A stretch of DNA of 64,000 nt, taken from assembly GCA_964016885.1 (NCBI GenBank), contig OZ024753.1:1054001-1118000 (forward strand), in the 5' to 3' direction. Below, in pieces: positions 43,776-58,631 of the stretch. Origin of the DNA: Eledone cirrhosa (taxonomy: Eukaryota). A program made the translations under genes and the position numbers. The notes beneath the pieces were generated by a model. It did no database searches and was not told the DNA's origin. It saw only the letters and a list, made by a program, of their open reading frames with translations. Positions within the stretch are counted from its first letter, which is position 1. Each line of letters begins with the position of its first letter.

Positions 43776-44294
43776 TACATACGTGTGTGTGTGTGTGTAA
43801 ACAAGTGTAGAGGCGATTAAAAATCTTTGGAGATATATAGGAAATAGAAAAGACATAATGGGAAAAAAGGCCTAGGACATTTATCCAGACAATAAGAAGT
43901 GTGGCTTCGATTCCCACGGGGTTTAATGCCCATTTCCCCTTTATGGTGGCCATATGCCCTGTTATTTGACTATTTCTTTAGTTAATATACGATGAAAGCT
44001 TCTAATTCTATTTTCAAAAAGTTTTCAATCGCCACCATATTTCAATCACGTGTTTACACACACTCACACACACATACACCCATATACAACCATATACATC
44101 CACATACACCCATATACATCCATATTACTGTGGCAACATACTCCTGGCCGCATTATTCATGGTGTCACTATTTCCTAACTTTTTGTGTTCACTCTGAGGA
44201 GAAATTTATTTATTACTCTCTCACTGAGTGCTTTGTAACAGTCTTCAATGATTCGATTGCTCATCAGCTTCTGTGCAGCTGCAACTTTGATTAT

Positions 44295-44342
<48 letters not shown>

Positions 44343-46014
44343 AGGGTTGCAGATTAGCAGTATCGGTAGAGCGTCGGTTAATATGCTTTGCGGCATAGAG
44401 ATACGGCCTTTTACATTCTGAGCTCAAATCCTGCTGAAGTTAGCTTTGCTTTTCATCCTTACGGGCGCGATAAAATAAAGTACCAGTAATGCACTGGTGT
44501 CGACTTTCCCCTACCCCCAAAAATGGATGACCTTGTGCCTAAAAGTAGAAACATATATATATATATCAGATAAACTCGGTTTGCCACGCCTGAGGATCAA
44601 GAATCTAGCCGAATAATTTTGGAGACAGTTGCTTCTGAACAGACCTGCTGGAAGGCTTGTGGACTCTGCCTCCACGACCCTCCCACGAATAAGTGGGCAA
44701 AACGAAGATGGTGGTGGTGGTGGTAAAAGTCGTTGCACTGGTAAAATCGGTGGAGTGTCTGGTAAAATTCCATTGTGATATTTGTGCTGGCTTTTTGCAT
44801 TTTCAGTTCAAAACCCGCTGAGGTCAACTTTGTCGTTTATCCTCCCCGGGATTGATAAAATAAAATAGGAGTCAAATACTGAGGTTGATTTAATCGACTT
44901 TACCCACTCCCCATGTTGCTGGTTTTCTGCCCAAATTAGAAACCAGTATAATAGCAACAGATTAAACTAAAAAAAAACCCACACAATCTAACGTATATGA
45001 CAAACGTAAAACTGGTGTAAAACAAATATTTAACAAGACAAACGGGAGATTCTTCAGAGGGTGGATCTTGTTAATAATATCGAAACCAGTATACAACTGG
45101 TACGGTGTTAGGAAAAAGTTGCACCTCACTTTTAACAATGTTTTGTTTGACACCTTATGACTTCACATTTTTATACTTCCTCTTCTTATTTGCTCTAACC
45201 CTTTGGGTGTGTTGTTTTATTTTGCATAGTCGCTTAACGCCCATCCCAGAGGCGGCGAATTGACAAAGACGATAGAACGTATGGAGATATTTTTTCTGCT
45301 CTTTGTGCCCTGAGTGCAATACCACTTTGTACCATCTTAAACAAGCATATTTTGTCAGACGCTCTAACGATTTAACCAATTCATTGAACTTTGATGAGGT
45401 AAAAGTAGATATTTCTTTGGTGGTTTAATTTAAGTATGAGAGGACATTGCCATCTCCGAAAATTCGAACTGAGAACGTAACTAAAGGTAAGTTGATATAA
45501 CAAAACATGCCCTCCCCTGTCCTTATAATTAATTCACACGATATCATACACATAATTATGACGCTTTTCACCAACTTTAAGGATAGACATAATACTTTCT
45601 TTAGCACATGTTAGTACATATGCTTATTTCATCTCGCTAAGGAAATAACAGCTCAAGAAACTTGTTTTAACGAGTGGGCTTGTTTACTTATTTGTTGTTT
45701 AACACTAGGTCATATAAGCAACACGAGTAATAGCGATTTGAGCAGGAAACATTTATGTGGTCACTATACCTGTTAAAAAGAGCAGTCAAATATTCAGTCA
45801 AAATCATATTTATCATCTTTCAAATAAAAAAAAGGAAGGACACGTTCGGTAGTATAGTCTTATAGAAGCAACTATGACTGTGTGGTTAAGGAATAAATTG
45901 GCTTCGAGTTCACTGGAACTGTGTAGTTCATTCGGCAAGTGTCTGCTTCTATGGCTTTTTAGCTGGTTTAATGCTTTCTGAATGAAATTTGGTCACCAGA
46001 AACAACAGAAGCCC

Positions 46015-47221
46015 GTCGTATATAATAGGGTCATAGTTGCTGCCAGTCGTATATAATAGGGTCATAGTTGCTGCCAGTCGTATATAATAGGGTCATAGTT
46101 GCTGCCAGTCGTATATAATAGGGTCATAGTTGCTGCCAGTCGTATATAATAGGGTCATAGTTGCTGCCAGTCGTATATAATAGGGTCATAGTTGCTGCCA
46201 GTCGTATATAATAGGGTCATAGTTGCTGCCAGTCGTATATAATAGGGTCATAGTCGCTGCCAGTCGTATATAATAGGGTCATAGTTGCTGCCAGTCGTAT
46301 ATAATAGGGTCATAGTTGCTGCCAGTCGTATATAATAGGGTCATAGTTGCTGCCAGTCGTATATAATAGGGTCATAGTTGCTGCCAGTCGTATATAATAG
46401 GGTCATAGTTGCTGCCAGTCGTATATAATAGGGTCATAGTTGCTGCCCGTCGTATATAATAGGGTCATAGTTGCTGCCAGTCGTATATAATAGGGTCATA
46501 GTCGCTGCCAGTCGTATATAATAGGGTCATAGTTGCTGCCAGTCGTATATAATAGGGTCATAGTCACTGCCAGTCGTATATAATAGGGTCATAGTTGCTG
46601 CTAGTCGTATATAATAGGGTCGTAGTTGCTGCCAGTCGTATATAATAGGGTCATAGTTGCTGCCAGTCGTATATAATAGGGTCGTAGTTGCTGCCAGTCG
46701 TATATAATAGGGTCATAGTTGCTGCCAGTCGTATATAATAGGGTCATAGTCGCTGCTAGTCGTATATAATAGGGTCGTAGTTGCTGCCAGTCGTATATAA
46801 TAGGGTCATAGTTGCTGCCAGTCGTATATAATAGGGTCGTAGTTGCTGCCAGTCGTATATAATAGGGTCTTAGTTGCTGCCAGTCGTATATAATAGGGTC
46901 ATAGTTGCTGCCAGTCGTATATAATAGGGTCGTAGTTGCTGCCAGTCGTATATAATAGGGTCATAGTTGCTGCCAGTCGTATATAATAGGGTCATAGTCG
47001 CTGCTAGTCGTATATAATAGGGTCGTAGTTGCTGCCAGTCGTATATAATAGGGTCATAGTTGCTGCCAGTCGTATATAATAGGGTCGTAGTTGCTGCCAG
47101 TCGTATATAATAGGGTCATAGTTGCTGCCAGTCGTATATAATAGGGTCATAGTTGCTGCCAGTCGTATATAATAGGGTCATAGTTGCTGCCAGTCGTATA
47201 TAATAGGGTCGTAGTTGCTGC
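46015..47221. repeat. 31-bp minisatellite, ~39 copies
   Basis: Unit gtcgtatataatagggtcatagttgctgcca with few variants and no spacers. Confidence 0.95.
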
Positions 47222-49053
47222 AGATAATGATTGTTTCTACATTTTGGCACAAGGCCAGCAATTTTGGGGGAGGGGAAAATCGGTTAAATCTGCCAGTGCA
47301 TTACTGGTACTTTATTTTATCGACCCTGTAATGATGAAAGACAAAGCTAGCCTCGATCGGATTTGAACTCAGAACGTAGAGAGCCGTAACTCTATGCAAC
47401 AAAGCATGGTGTCCGGCGCTCTACCGATGCTGCCAATCCACAACCCTATTGCTGCAGATAATAATTGTTACTACTTTTGGCACAAGGCCAGCAATTACCC
47501 CTGTGTATTACTGGTACTTTATTTTATCGTCCCCCGTAAGGGTGAAAGGCAAAGTTAACCTCGGCGTGATTTGAATTCAGAGCGTAAAGGGCCATAACTT
47601 TATGCTACAAAGCATGGTGTCTGTATTAATATATACAGAAACTGCGTAATATGACAGACGCAGCTTGATAAAGCCTGTCTCCCTTATACTAGTAATTAGT
47701 GCAGGTCATTGGTTGGTTTACGGAATTTAAGGGGCTGGAAATTTGGTCGATGTCTGAGATCTAGTATAGACGTTGAGTTTATAGCTGGCTTTGGTTTTCT
47801 GAGTGAATTGATTAGGGATTACGACATCCAGTGGTCATCTTTCATGGATAACTTAGGGTTAAAAAGTGAGAGAAACGGTTTCGTGTGGGGAACTGCCCTG
47901 CACAGAAATTAGGTAATGCCATTAAGCATTACTTAATTGGACAAAAGCAGCTTCATTGGCGAGAAATTAGCTCCTCCGTTACAGATCAGCTACCAGCTGA
48001 CTACTCTGGTGTCATTTAGAGACAGCAAGCATTTAAGCAAGAAAGATAAACATTATATTACTCACATTACAGTTTGGAAGAGAGGCTGCTTGCAAGTGTA
48101 TGGACACATGATCGTGTGCATTCTGGCAAGAGCATGGAGGATGTACGACACGACTTCACTGCAAGATTCGGCAAACCAGCTACTCCGAAGAGGACGATAC
48201 TGCGATGGGATATAATGAACTCACTGGAAGGCATCAAGAAATTAAATTGAAGGCCTAAAAACGTATAAATTTCAACCCATAGAATATATAAATAGGTGAT
48301 TTTCTAATGTAATGTGAGTAATATAATTGTTTCTACTTTTGGCACAAGGCCGGGATGATTGCTGGCCTTGTGCTAAAAGTGGAAACAATTATATTACTTA
48401 CATTACTTTAGAAAATCACCTATTTATATATTCTATGGGTTGAAATTTATACGTTTTTAGGCCTTCAATTTAATTTCTTGATGCCTTCCACTGAGTTCAT
48501 TATATCAGTTATATCATCCATGTATTTGATGATTATCTAATGTTCAAATCTTGCTACAACTTTATTTTCTATTGTGGCCAACTTTGCAGAACGACCAGAG
48601 TGTCGACCCGAAGTAAAAACCCATGACTTCTTCATCTTTTTGCTTATAAAACTTGCCTTATGGACAGATAACTCACGAAAAATTTTTAATCGTAAGAACA
48701 GAAATGTTTAGAATTTAAAAAATTCAGGGACTTTGTACTTGTAAAAGAAATACGTCAGTGTAAATATATTTAATGTAATAATACAGTGTAAATATATTTA
48801 ATGGAATAATACATAAGTTAATGGAAATGAATATATGGTAATGAAAGAATGAAAAAAAAAGCAAGAAAATATCAGTGAATGACTAACATAGAAACTGTCT
48901 TTTTAAGAACTAAAATAAATAAATGAATAAAAATATATTTTGAAAAGTAGAGGGCCAAAAATAGATATTCACCGAATTTTAAAATCGAGATAGGTGATTA
49001 TTTTTTGTTGTGATTTTTGTTGCTCACGTGATATTTTTTATTAAAAAAAAATA

Positions 49054-49153
49054 CAGGATGTCCCTCCAAAAATGTATACACATTTTGATTATCTGTACAG
49101 GCAATATTTATTAGAATGCTGTTGAAGTATGTATACATTTTTTTGGAACACCT
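49054..49153. mobile_element. Tc1-type MITE family (copies ~31750-31813, ~49468-49536)
   Basis: cagg(g/a)tgtcc..aaaatgtatacac ... gtatacattttt.gg.acacc termini with shared internal gcattctaataaa. Confidence 0.55.
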
Positions 49154-50035
49154 TTTATTTACATTATTTTGGTTCTACGTTACTATTTATTTGATATGGC
49201 TGCACTTTTCATTGGATTCTATTTACTGGACAAAAGTAGACGAGACTTAAAATACGAGCCTCAGAAAACAACATTGCTATGAATTTCTTCCCAAAATAAA
49301 ATTTATAAATGCAAATGTAAATAGCTTGAGAGACATATTGGATTAGTTCTGTCGTTCATTAACCTTGTATATAAGACCCATGTTGGTCTTTGTTTTGTTT
49401 ACTAGTATTATCTGGCATCTGACTTTTTCTCTTTATTTTATTGTCGACGGTCTGACACACACACACACAGGGTGTCCCCAAAACATGTATACACACTTCA
49501 ACAGCATTCTAATAAAAGTATGGGGGGGATATCCTGTATTTATGTGTGTGCGTGTGTGTAAGTGTGTGTATGTTTGTATATTCACACACACACACACACA
49601 CACACATACATATATATTGGCGAAGTAATGAATCTTGTTACTTTGGTTTTCACCTGCATACCCAATGTCTTATCCGATGATCTTGTGAGAACACAGGTGA
49701 AACTCCAGAGTAACAAGACTCACTACTTAGCTATAATAAAGAACATTTGGCAGTATTGGTAGAGCATCAGGCACCATGCTTTGCAGCATAGAATTTTGTC
49801 CCTTTGCGTTCTGAGTTCAAATCCCGCCGAGGTCAACTTTGCCTTTCATCCTTTGGGGTCGATAAAATAAAAATAAAGTAGCAGCAATGCACTGGGGGTA
49901 ATTGCTGGCCTTGTGCCTAAAGTAGAAACAATTATTAAACTCTATTTCGGTATTGAGTCGTTTTTCTCGTCCGTCAATCACATACGGATATATATATATA
50001 TGTACAGACAACCATGTTGTTACTCTTATCTCTTG

Positions 50036-50094
<59 letters not shown>

Positions 50095-50294
50095 AACAAG
50101 TATGACCCCGACGGCAGAGCTCAAGCCGTTTCGACGGCTAATTCTGGACTCCAGAATATTCAAGAATTAGCCGTCGAAACGGCTTGAACTCTGCCGCCGG
50201 GGTCATACTTGTTCCTATTACCCACTCTACTATCCTAAGTATTGAGTACTTTGGTGCGTTATGGTCTATCTGGTTCCTTACCACATTTCCTTCG

Positions 50295-50327
<33 letters not shown>

Positions 50328-50692
50328 AATGTTTGTTTGTATGTATATATGTATGTATGTACATACACGTCTGTGATATCGGTCTAAAGACAACAAATAA
50401 CCTTTACCTTGATAGAATTGGATGTGGATTGGTTAGTTAGAAGAAGAGATTCAAAGAGAAAGAGTCAAGATTTGTTTAGATTAAATGGATTATAGATGTA
50501 GCCAGGAATAAAGCTACTTGATTCAGGATAGGGGGAAAAGGAAAATTAAGTCTTCTAAATATGTTGACCTCATATAAGGATAAAAAACATATACATACTC
50601 ACATACACATATATATGTATATATATATTTTATGTACATATGCATATATGTATGTGTACATGTATATATATGTACATATGCATGTATGTATA

Positions 50693-50747
<55 letters not shown>

Positions 50748-50928
50748 GATATATGTGTGTGTATAACACACACACTCACATATGCATATGTATGTATGTG
50801 TGTATATATGTATATGTGTGTGTATATGTGTGTGTATGTATGTGTGTGTGTATATATGTATGTGTGAGTATGTATATATATAATATGAATGTGTGTGTAT
50901 ATACGCACACACATATATATATATGTAT

Positions 50929-51038
<110 letters not shown>

Positions 51039-51162
51039 ACAAAGAAAACACGACAATGGAGGGATGTGGGATCTAAAACAAATTCAAACAAATAAATTGA
51101 GCAAAGATCTCCAAAGTCTTCTCTTGGAATCTTGCCACAGTGAAAGTAAAGAGCAGCAGCAG

Positions 51163-52230
<1,068 letters not shown>

Positions 52231-52311
52231 AGTAGTACATTGAATAACAAATAATAATGGCGACTATGATGATGGTGGTGGTGGTATTGGAGCTTCTACT
52301 GCTGCTATCGC

Positions 52312-52372
<61 letters not shown>

Positions 52373-52794
52373 ATTACAGCAGAAGATATTTAAATACTAT
52401 TGCTCCCTGACAACGCCCAGCCGGGAAATGAACTCGCGACCTTAAAGATAGTGCCCCGGACACACAAATCATCAATCACCAAACCATACTCCTTTATGTC
52501 ACCTGTACCGGTCAAGTAAGCACTGGCCCGATTAAATCCAAAATTCCATTCAAATACTAAAAGTCAATAATAAAACAAATTTCAAGAAATCCTAAATCCC
52601 TAAATATAACAAATAAATAAACAAACAAGTAAATAAATAAATATATAAATAAATATATAAAGTATTATGTCAACCGGAAATTGAATCTTTAATCTCTAAT
52701 CCGGAAGGTCGTGCAATTCTAAATATAAAGCCGAAAGATATTTTTTACTAAAACTTTTATTTCAGTTGACTTTTTATATAACATATTTTTTGTG

Positions 52795-53246
52795 TGTAGT
52801 GTATTGATATAGGCCGTAGAGCACCAGTCCTAGATGTTTGTGGTGTATTGATATAGGCGGTAGAGCGCCAGTCCTAGATGTTTGTGGTGTATTGATATAG
52901 GCGGTAGAGCGCCAGTCCTAGATGTTTGTGGTGTATTGATATAGTTGGTGGAGCACCAGTTCAAGAAGATGTTTGTGGTGTATTGATGTAGTCGGTAGAG
53001 CGCCAGTTCAAGATGTTTGTGGTGTATTTATGTAGTCGGTAGAGCGCCAGTTCAAGATGTTTGTGGTCTATTAATATAGTCGGTAGAGCGCCAGTTCAAG
53101 ATGTTTGTGGTGTATTGATGTAGTCGGTAGAGCGCCAGTTCTAGATATTTGTGGTGTATTGATATAGTCGGTGGAGCGCCAGTTCAAGAAGATGTTTGTG
53201 GTGTATTGATGTAGTCGGTAGAGCGCCAGTTCAAGATGTTTGTGGT
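52795..53246. repeat. 44-bp minisatellite, ~10 copies
   Basis: Unit gtggtgtattgatatagtcggtagagcgccagttcaagatgttt. Confidence 0.9.
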
Positions 53247-53781
53247 CTGTGGCTAGAATGTCCCAGGAAAGAATCGCTGGACAGATTTTACGTCAAAACC
53301 ACGAACAAGATGGTTGGATAACATCCAGGAGTTTGGCTGGTCTCACTTGGAGATCCAGCCAGATCAATTGGAGAGGGTTCCTTCTGACAGGATCTGTGGA
53401 AGGAGGAGTGTTTGAGGACTCTGCCCCCAAGACCCTCTCGGAAATAAAAGGACGAAGAAGATTATCTCTTCCACTAATCAATCAACCGATTATAGTTTCT
53501 CCTAATCACTCAATTATACTCTTCCTTAGTCAATCTTTTATACCCCCCCCCCCTCCTCTCTGATTAATCAATCGGTTATACTCTCCTCTGATTAATCAAT
53601 TAATAAATTATACTCTAATCAATCGAACGATTATATCTTCTTTAATCAATGAATCGATTATAACAACTAAAAATATAATTTGTATTTAAGTTAGAAGTCG
53701 ATAATATAAACACCAGGGAGATGGGATTGACAAAATACCTTGTGGTATTTAGCCGCGTCCCTTTATATTTTACTTCAACTT

Positions 53782-54216
53782 TGAGATCAATCATGTCTTT
53801 CAATCATTTTCGAGTCAATAGATCAATCATGTCTTTCAGACATTTTGGAGTCAATAGATCGAACGTTGTCTTTCAATGATTCTCGAATCAATAGATCAAT
53901 CATGTCTTTCAATCATTCTCGAGTCAATAGATCAATCATGTCTTTCAATCATTCTCGAGTCAATAGATCAATCATGTCTTTCAATCATTTTCGAATCAAT
54001 AGATCAATCATGTCTTTCAATCAGTCTCGAGTTAATAGATCAATCATGTCTTTCAATCATTTTCGAATCAATAGATCAATCATGTCTTTCAATCAGTCTC
54101 GAGTTAATAGATCAATCATGTCTTTCAATCATTTTCGAATCAATAGATCAATCATGTATTTCAATCAGTCTCGAGTTAATAGATCAATCATGTCTTTCAA
54201 TCATTCTGAAGTCAAT
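53782..54216. repeat. 36-bp minisatellite, ~12 copies
   Basis: Unit agatcaatcatgtctttcaatcattctcgagtcaat. Confidence 0.9.
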
Positions 54217-55051
54217 AATATAAATATCAATCAAGTACTTGGGGGTTGATCGATCGATCAAGCATTCTACCTTTGGTCGATCAACAGAACAGCCTGCTCA
54301 TGAAATAAACGTGCAACTGACTGAGCATTCCACAGACACGAGTACTCTTAACGTAAATCTCAGAGAGATTCAGCACGACATAGGGTGTTTCACAGGCTTC
54401 CAATTAGTTTCTGTCTACCAAGTTTCACCCTCAAGATATGAGTCGACCTGAGGTTATGGTAAATAACACTTGCCCCAGTGGAATTGAACCCGGGACATAA
54501 TGATTGAGAAGCAAACTTTATAATCCTTCGGTCATATTGTGTCTACATGTGAATTGATTCCCACATCATTTCACAGATAATAGCGAAAGATTTTTCGTTA
54601 TTCTATGGAACGAGTGTATTGTGTCTAGAATTCATAAATCATTCTATTGACTTACAATAGAAAAACGGGAGAATGCATTCCATAACATCAAGGCCTTCTA
54701 TTCTTCACGTTCTTCCCAAGAAAATTCAAAATGAACAATAAATATTGAAGGGACACCAAATGCCATTTACTGTGTGTGTTATAAGAATAATAAACTCAAT
54801 GAGTAAATAAATAGAACTTTCTCACATAATGTTGTCATCTTGGCAACGAATAAAGTCTTACAAAGCTGAACTAGCATTATTTCGACAACATAATGGCGTT
54901 TTGATTATTAACATTGTACAATGAACTGCATGGAACACTCAATTGTGTTTTTCTTTAAGTTTTGAAAGGTGTGAGAAAGGTGGACAATTTTACTGTTATT
55001 TCTTGCAGTTGAGCGACCACATAGATACTTCTTCGTTAGTTGACATACTGC

Positions 55052-55248
55052 CACACCTGTCAACACTCCTCCATCCGACGGGGAGATCTCCCACTCGCTT
55101 TGGGGTGGATGAAAGATGTCTTCTCTTGTAAAAATGGGTATTGCTTTCATTATGTAAAATCTCCCCATTTTGCCTCATTTCTCCCTGTTTTGGGGCACTT
55201 TTTTTTCACGGTACTCCCCTTTTGGGTTTTTAGGGGTTGGCAGGTGTG
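55052..55248. mobile_element. MITE family with CA(C/G/T)ACCTG(C/T)CAAC TIRs; copies at 38504-38671 and 57381-57668 (SINE-interrupted)
   Basis: Shared internal aaaatctccccattttgcctcatttctcc, TIRs at both ends in all three copies. Confidence 0.7.
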
Positions 55249-56170
55249 CACTGCTATTTCTTGCAATCGAGTGACCACATAGATACTCCTTCATTGGTTG
55301 ACACATCGAGGGACCACATCGAAATTCCTTCGTTAGTTGAAACACTGATATTTCTTGCAGTCGAGGAACCACATAGAGATTCCTTCGTTGCTCTCTTTCT
55401 TTCTCTCTCTCTTTTCTTTTTTTCTTCTTCTTCTTCTTCTTCTTCTTCTTCTTCTTCTTCTTCTTCTTCTTCTTCTTCTTCTTCTTCTCATTCCAGAGAT
55501 GATTGCATGCATTGCAATTTAATAGTATTTTAAGTTAGTCTTTGAAGAAAAAAAAATCTATATTGTAAAAAGGTTATTTCTAGCTGGTGGAGTGAATAAG
55601 TGAGACTCGTTTGAGTGAAAAATGTTCTAGAAAAGTGAGGGCATCGAATACAACTAACAACTGTTTCGTTTGCGGTCATTGTGTGCAGCTTACAATCCAC
55701 CAGATTACACACCGACACATACACACAGAAACATAGAGTAAAATCAAGAACAGGGGAAAAATATAGATTAGCAATATATTTGAGGCTATCTATTTTACTG
55801 TTGTTCCTATTGTTGTTGTGATTTCATATTTTATATATTTACATATTTATTTATATATATTTATATATATATTTGTTTGTATTGCCTCGTTCTGCTCTAT
55901 TCCAATGGGACGTTCGGTTCAGGACTATTTCAGTTCAAGTATTTTCTCCGCCATGTTGGTATCTACGCCATGTTGGTATAGGGATAATTTCAACCTTCCC
56001 GTGGGAAATACCAATGTCAGTGTCATTTCCAGGGTGGAGGTGAAGCAGTTTTAGCATTCCATCCGATATTTCGAGACCAGGGCTCAGAAATGTTTATAGG
56101 AAAAATCTTAAAGCTAAAATAGAAAAAAATCGTTTCAATTGTCTTTTTTGTTTCTACAACTATTTTACCT

Positions 56171-56209
<39 letters not shown>

Positions 56210-58026
56210 TTTGTACGTTTATTTCACTATTTATTTAAAAAATTTCTTGAAAGTATTTTAAAAGTGACTTTTTCTCCGAATTTTTTTTTTTATGTTTTAA
56301 ACATTGCTCGAAATTATTTTGGAAGTTTTTGGGAAGTCTTAAGTTGACTTGATTCATTCTTTTGTCGCCTCTTTTTTTTTTTTTGATTTTCTATTATTAT
56401 TAGTAAGCCGAGGAGTAGTGGCACTGCTGAGAAAGGACCCGAACAAGGGGGACTCTATTGATAATTTTAGGCTCATTACTCAGTTAAACGCAAGAGTTCA
56501 AAATGTTGGCCAAGGTGTTAGCAACGAGGTTGGCGCTTGTCTTCAGTGGTCTTGTAGGGGAGACGCAGACATGTGCCATTCCAAAGAATTTCATGTAAAC
56601 AATAGTTTAATATAACCAGCGACTTCTTGTGACGCTCAACTCCGCTAGTTGCAGACTGAGCATCAGCATGAGATTTTTTCTCCACGAAGTTCGATAACCA
56701 GCAGCAGGGTTTAAAGAACAAAGATCAAGTCCAGTTCATAAGTTCATATTATCCAGCCATCGTCTTAGCTGCCGGCCTCTGCTTCTCCCTACCAGCCAAC
56801 CTCCCTTCCAGGCATAACCTACTCACACCACGTGTTCATCTTTTTATATGACCGTATAGTCTGAGTATTCTTGACTTGACAATTAATGTTATTGGTCTAA
56901 CGATCATCAAATCATCCAAAAGCATCAAAGTTATTGATATACCACACAAATTAATTATAGTCATTAACAAAAATTAATACAGCTAACATTAAACAATTGA
57001 TAACCGGGTCAGTCGGTAAGAAGAGCAAAGAAAGTATCGATAAATATATATAAACAACTAATCGTTCACGAATTGTTTGGTAAATTTGAAAATTTGAAAG
57101 TTTCTTAACTTTTTGTTAAACTGCCACAAGGCGGATTAACTATAGTTGAAAAGGTTGGGTAAATATCTCTTGCAGACAGACGCCTGAGACAAAGACCCAT
57201 GTTGGAATCCCTGCTGGTGGTTCTATCTTAAAAGATAAAGGATCTATTGTTGTTCCTGATATACAAAATATATGGTCTCGGCTAGAACAACTTTGGTCAT
57301 GGGTCTGCTAGTCCGGGTTCCAATCTGGCTAAGCAATACACGTAACAAAACTGTCAAGATAACATGGAACAAGGTCACAACATACCTGCCAACCAAGCGA
57401 GGAATACCATAAAAAAGTGCCCCAAAACGAGGAGAAATGAGACAAAATGGGAAGATTTTACATAATTGTTTCTACTTTTGGCACAAGGCCAGCAATTACC
57501 CAGTGCATTACTGGTACTTTATTTTATCGACCCCGTAAGGATGAAAGGCAAAGTTAACCTTGGCGGGATAATAAAAGCTATACCCATTTTCACAAGAGAA
57601 GACATCTCTCACTTACCCTTAAGTGGGTGGGAGATCTCCCCGTCGGACGAGGAGAGTTGAAATGTCTGTCACAAGGTCAGAAGGCACAAGATACAGGGCG
57701 ATAAATCCTAATATCAAAATGTGTATGGTCACATGAGGTAACATTTTCAAAGTCACAAGGCAAAACGTCAGACGGTACAAAGTCAGACAGTACAAGGTCA
57801 CAAGGCCACAGACTCACAAGGCACAGTGTCACGAAGCCCAAAGACCGTACATTTGTGATAGGGGTATAGTCAATACGTTCGAACCCCAGTATGTACTAGT
57901 TGTTATTTTATCTACACTAGACAGAAGACAAGATCTGAACGTAAAATGGCGTAACTATTTACCAGAAGGGATATAGTCCGGCTCTCTTCTAGGTGCAGAT
58001 CCTCTTTTACGAAGCTAAATAATAAT

Positions 58027-58210
58027 TGTTTCTACTTTAGGCACAAGGCCAGCAATTACCCAGTGCATTACTGGTACTTTATTTTATCGACTCGGTAAGG
58101 ATGAAAGGCAAAGTCAACCTCGGCGGGATTTGAACTCAGATCGTAAAGGGACGTAACTATGCTGGAAAGCATGGCGTCCGACCCTCCACCGATACTGCCA
58201 ATCCACCGCC
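58027..58210 (-). mobile_element. Full-length SINE, same family, 18-bp TSD
   Basis: TSD acgaagctaaataataat at 58009-58026 and 58211-58228. Confidence 0.85.
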
Positions 58211-58468
58211 ACGAAGCTAAATAATAATGATCTCAAATACTGATATAGATTCTACTGGATATGAAAACCAGGTCACAAACGAGTTACTCGACCTGCTATA
58301 CATAGCAGTCAAATTTTCTTCAAATTACACCCCACACGTTGGGCAGTAAAGTCCTATATATACACAAAGAGTGAATAGTTATGATGGTAAAATCCTTGAA
58401 CTTAAACCGGTTCCTGTTTTAATAGGGAAATAGCATATCAAAAAATGTACTTCTAGATATATCTTAGC

Positions 58469-58631
58469 CAGTGCCGGATTTAGGACAAATGAGGCCCTGT
58501 GCTAATTAAGTTATGAAGCTGGTAATTCATCGTAAAAATATTTTTGGCGGGAAGATGGGCTCACCCCCACCTTCCAACTAAAGGGACCCTGTGCTTAAGT
58601 ACACCTAACTACAATGGTAAATCCGACACTG
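58469..58631. mobile_element. hAT-type MITE
   Basis: TIRs cagtgccggattta / taaatccgacactg, imperfect 8-bp TSD atcttagc / atcttaat. Confidence 0.7.

Noticed and set aside
46015-47221. CRISPR-like 31-bp repeat array
   Set aside because: Units are head to tail with no unique spacers, there are no cas genes, and the context is eukaryotic. It is a minisatellite.
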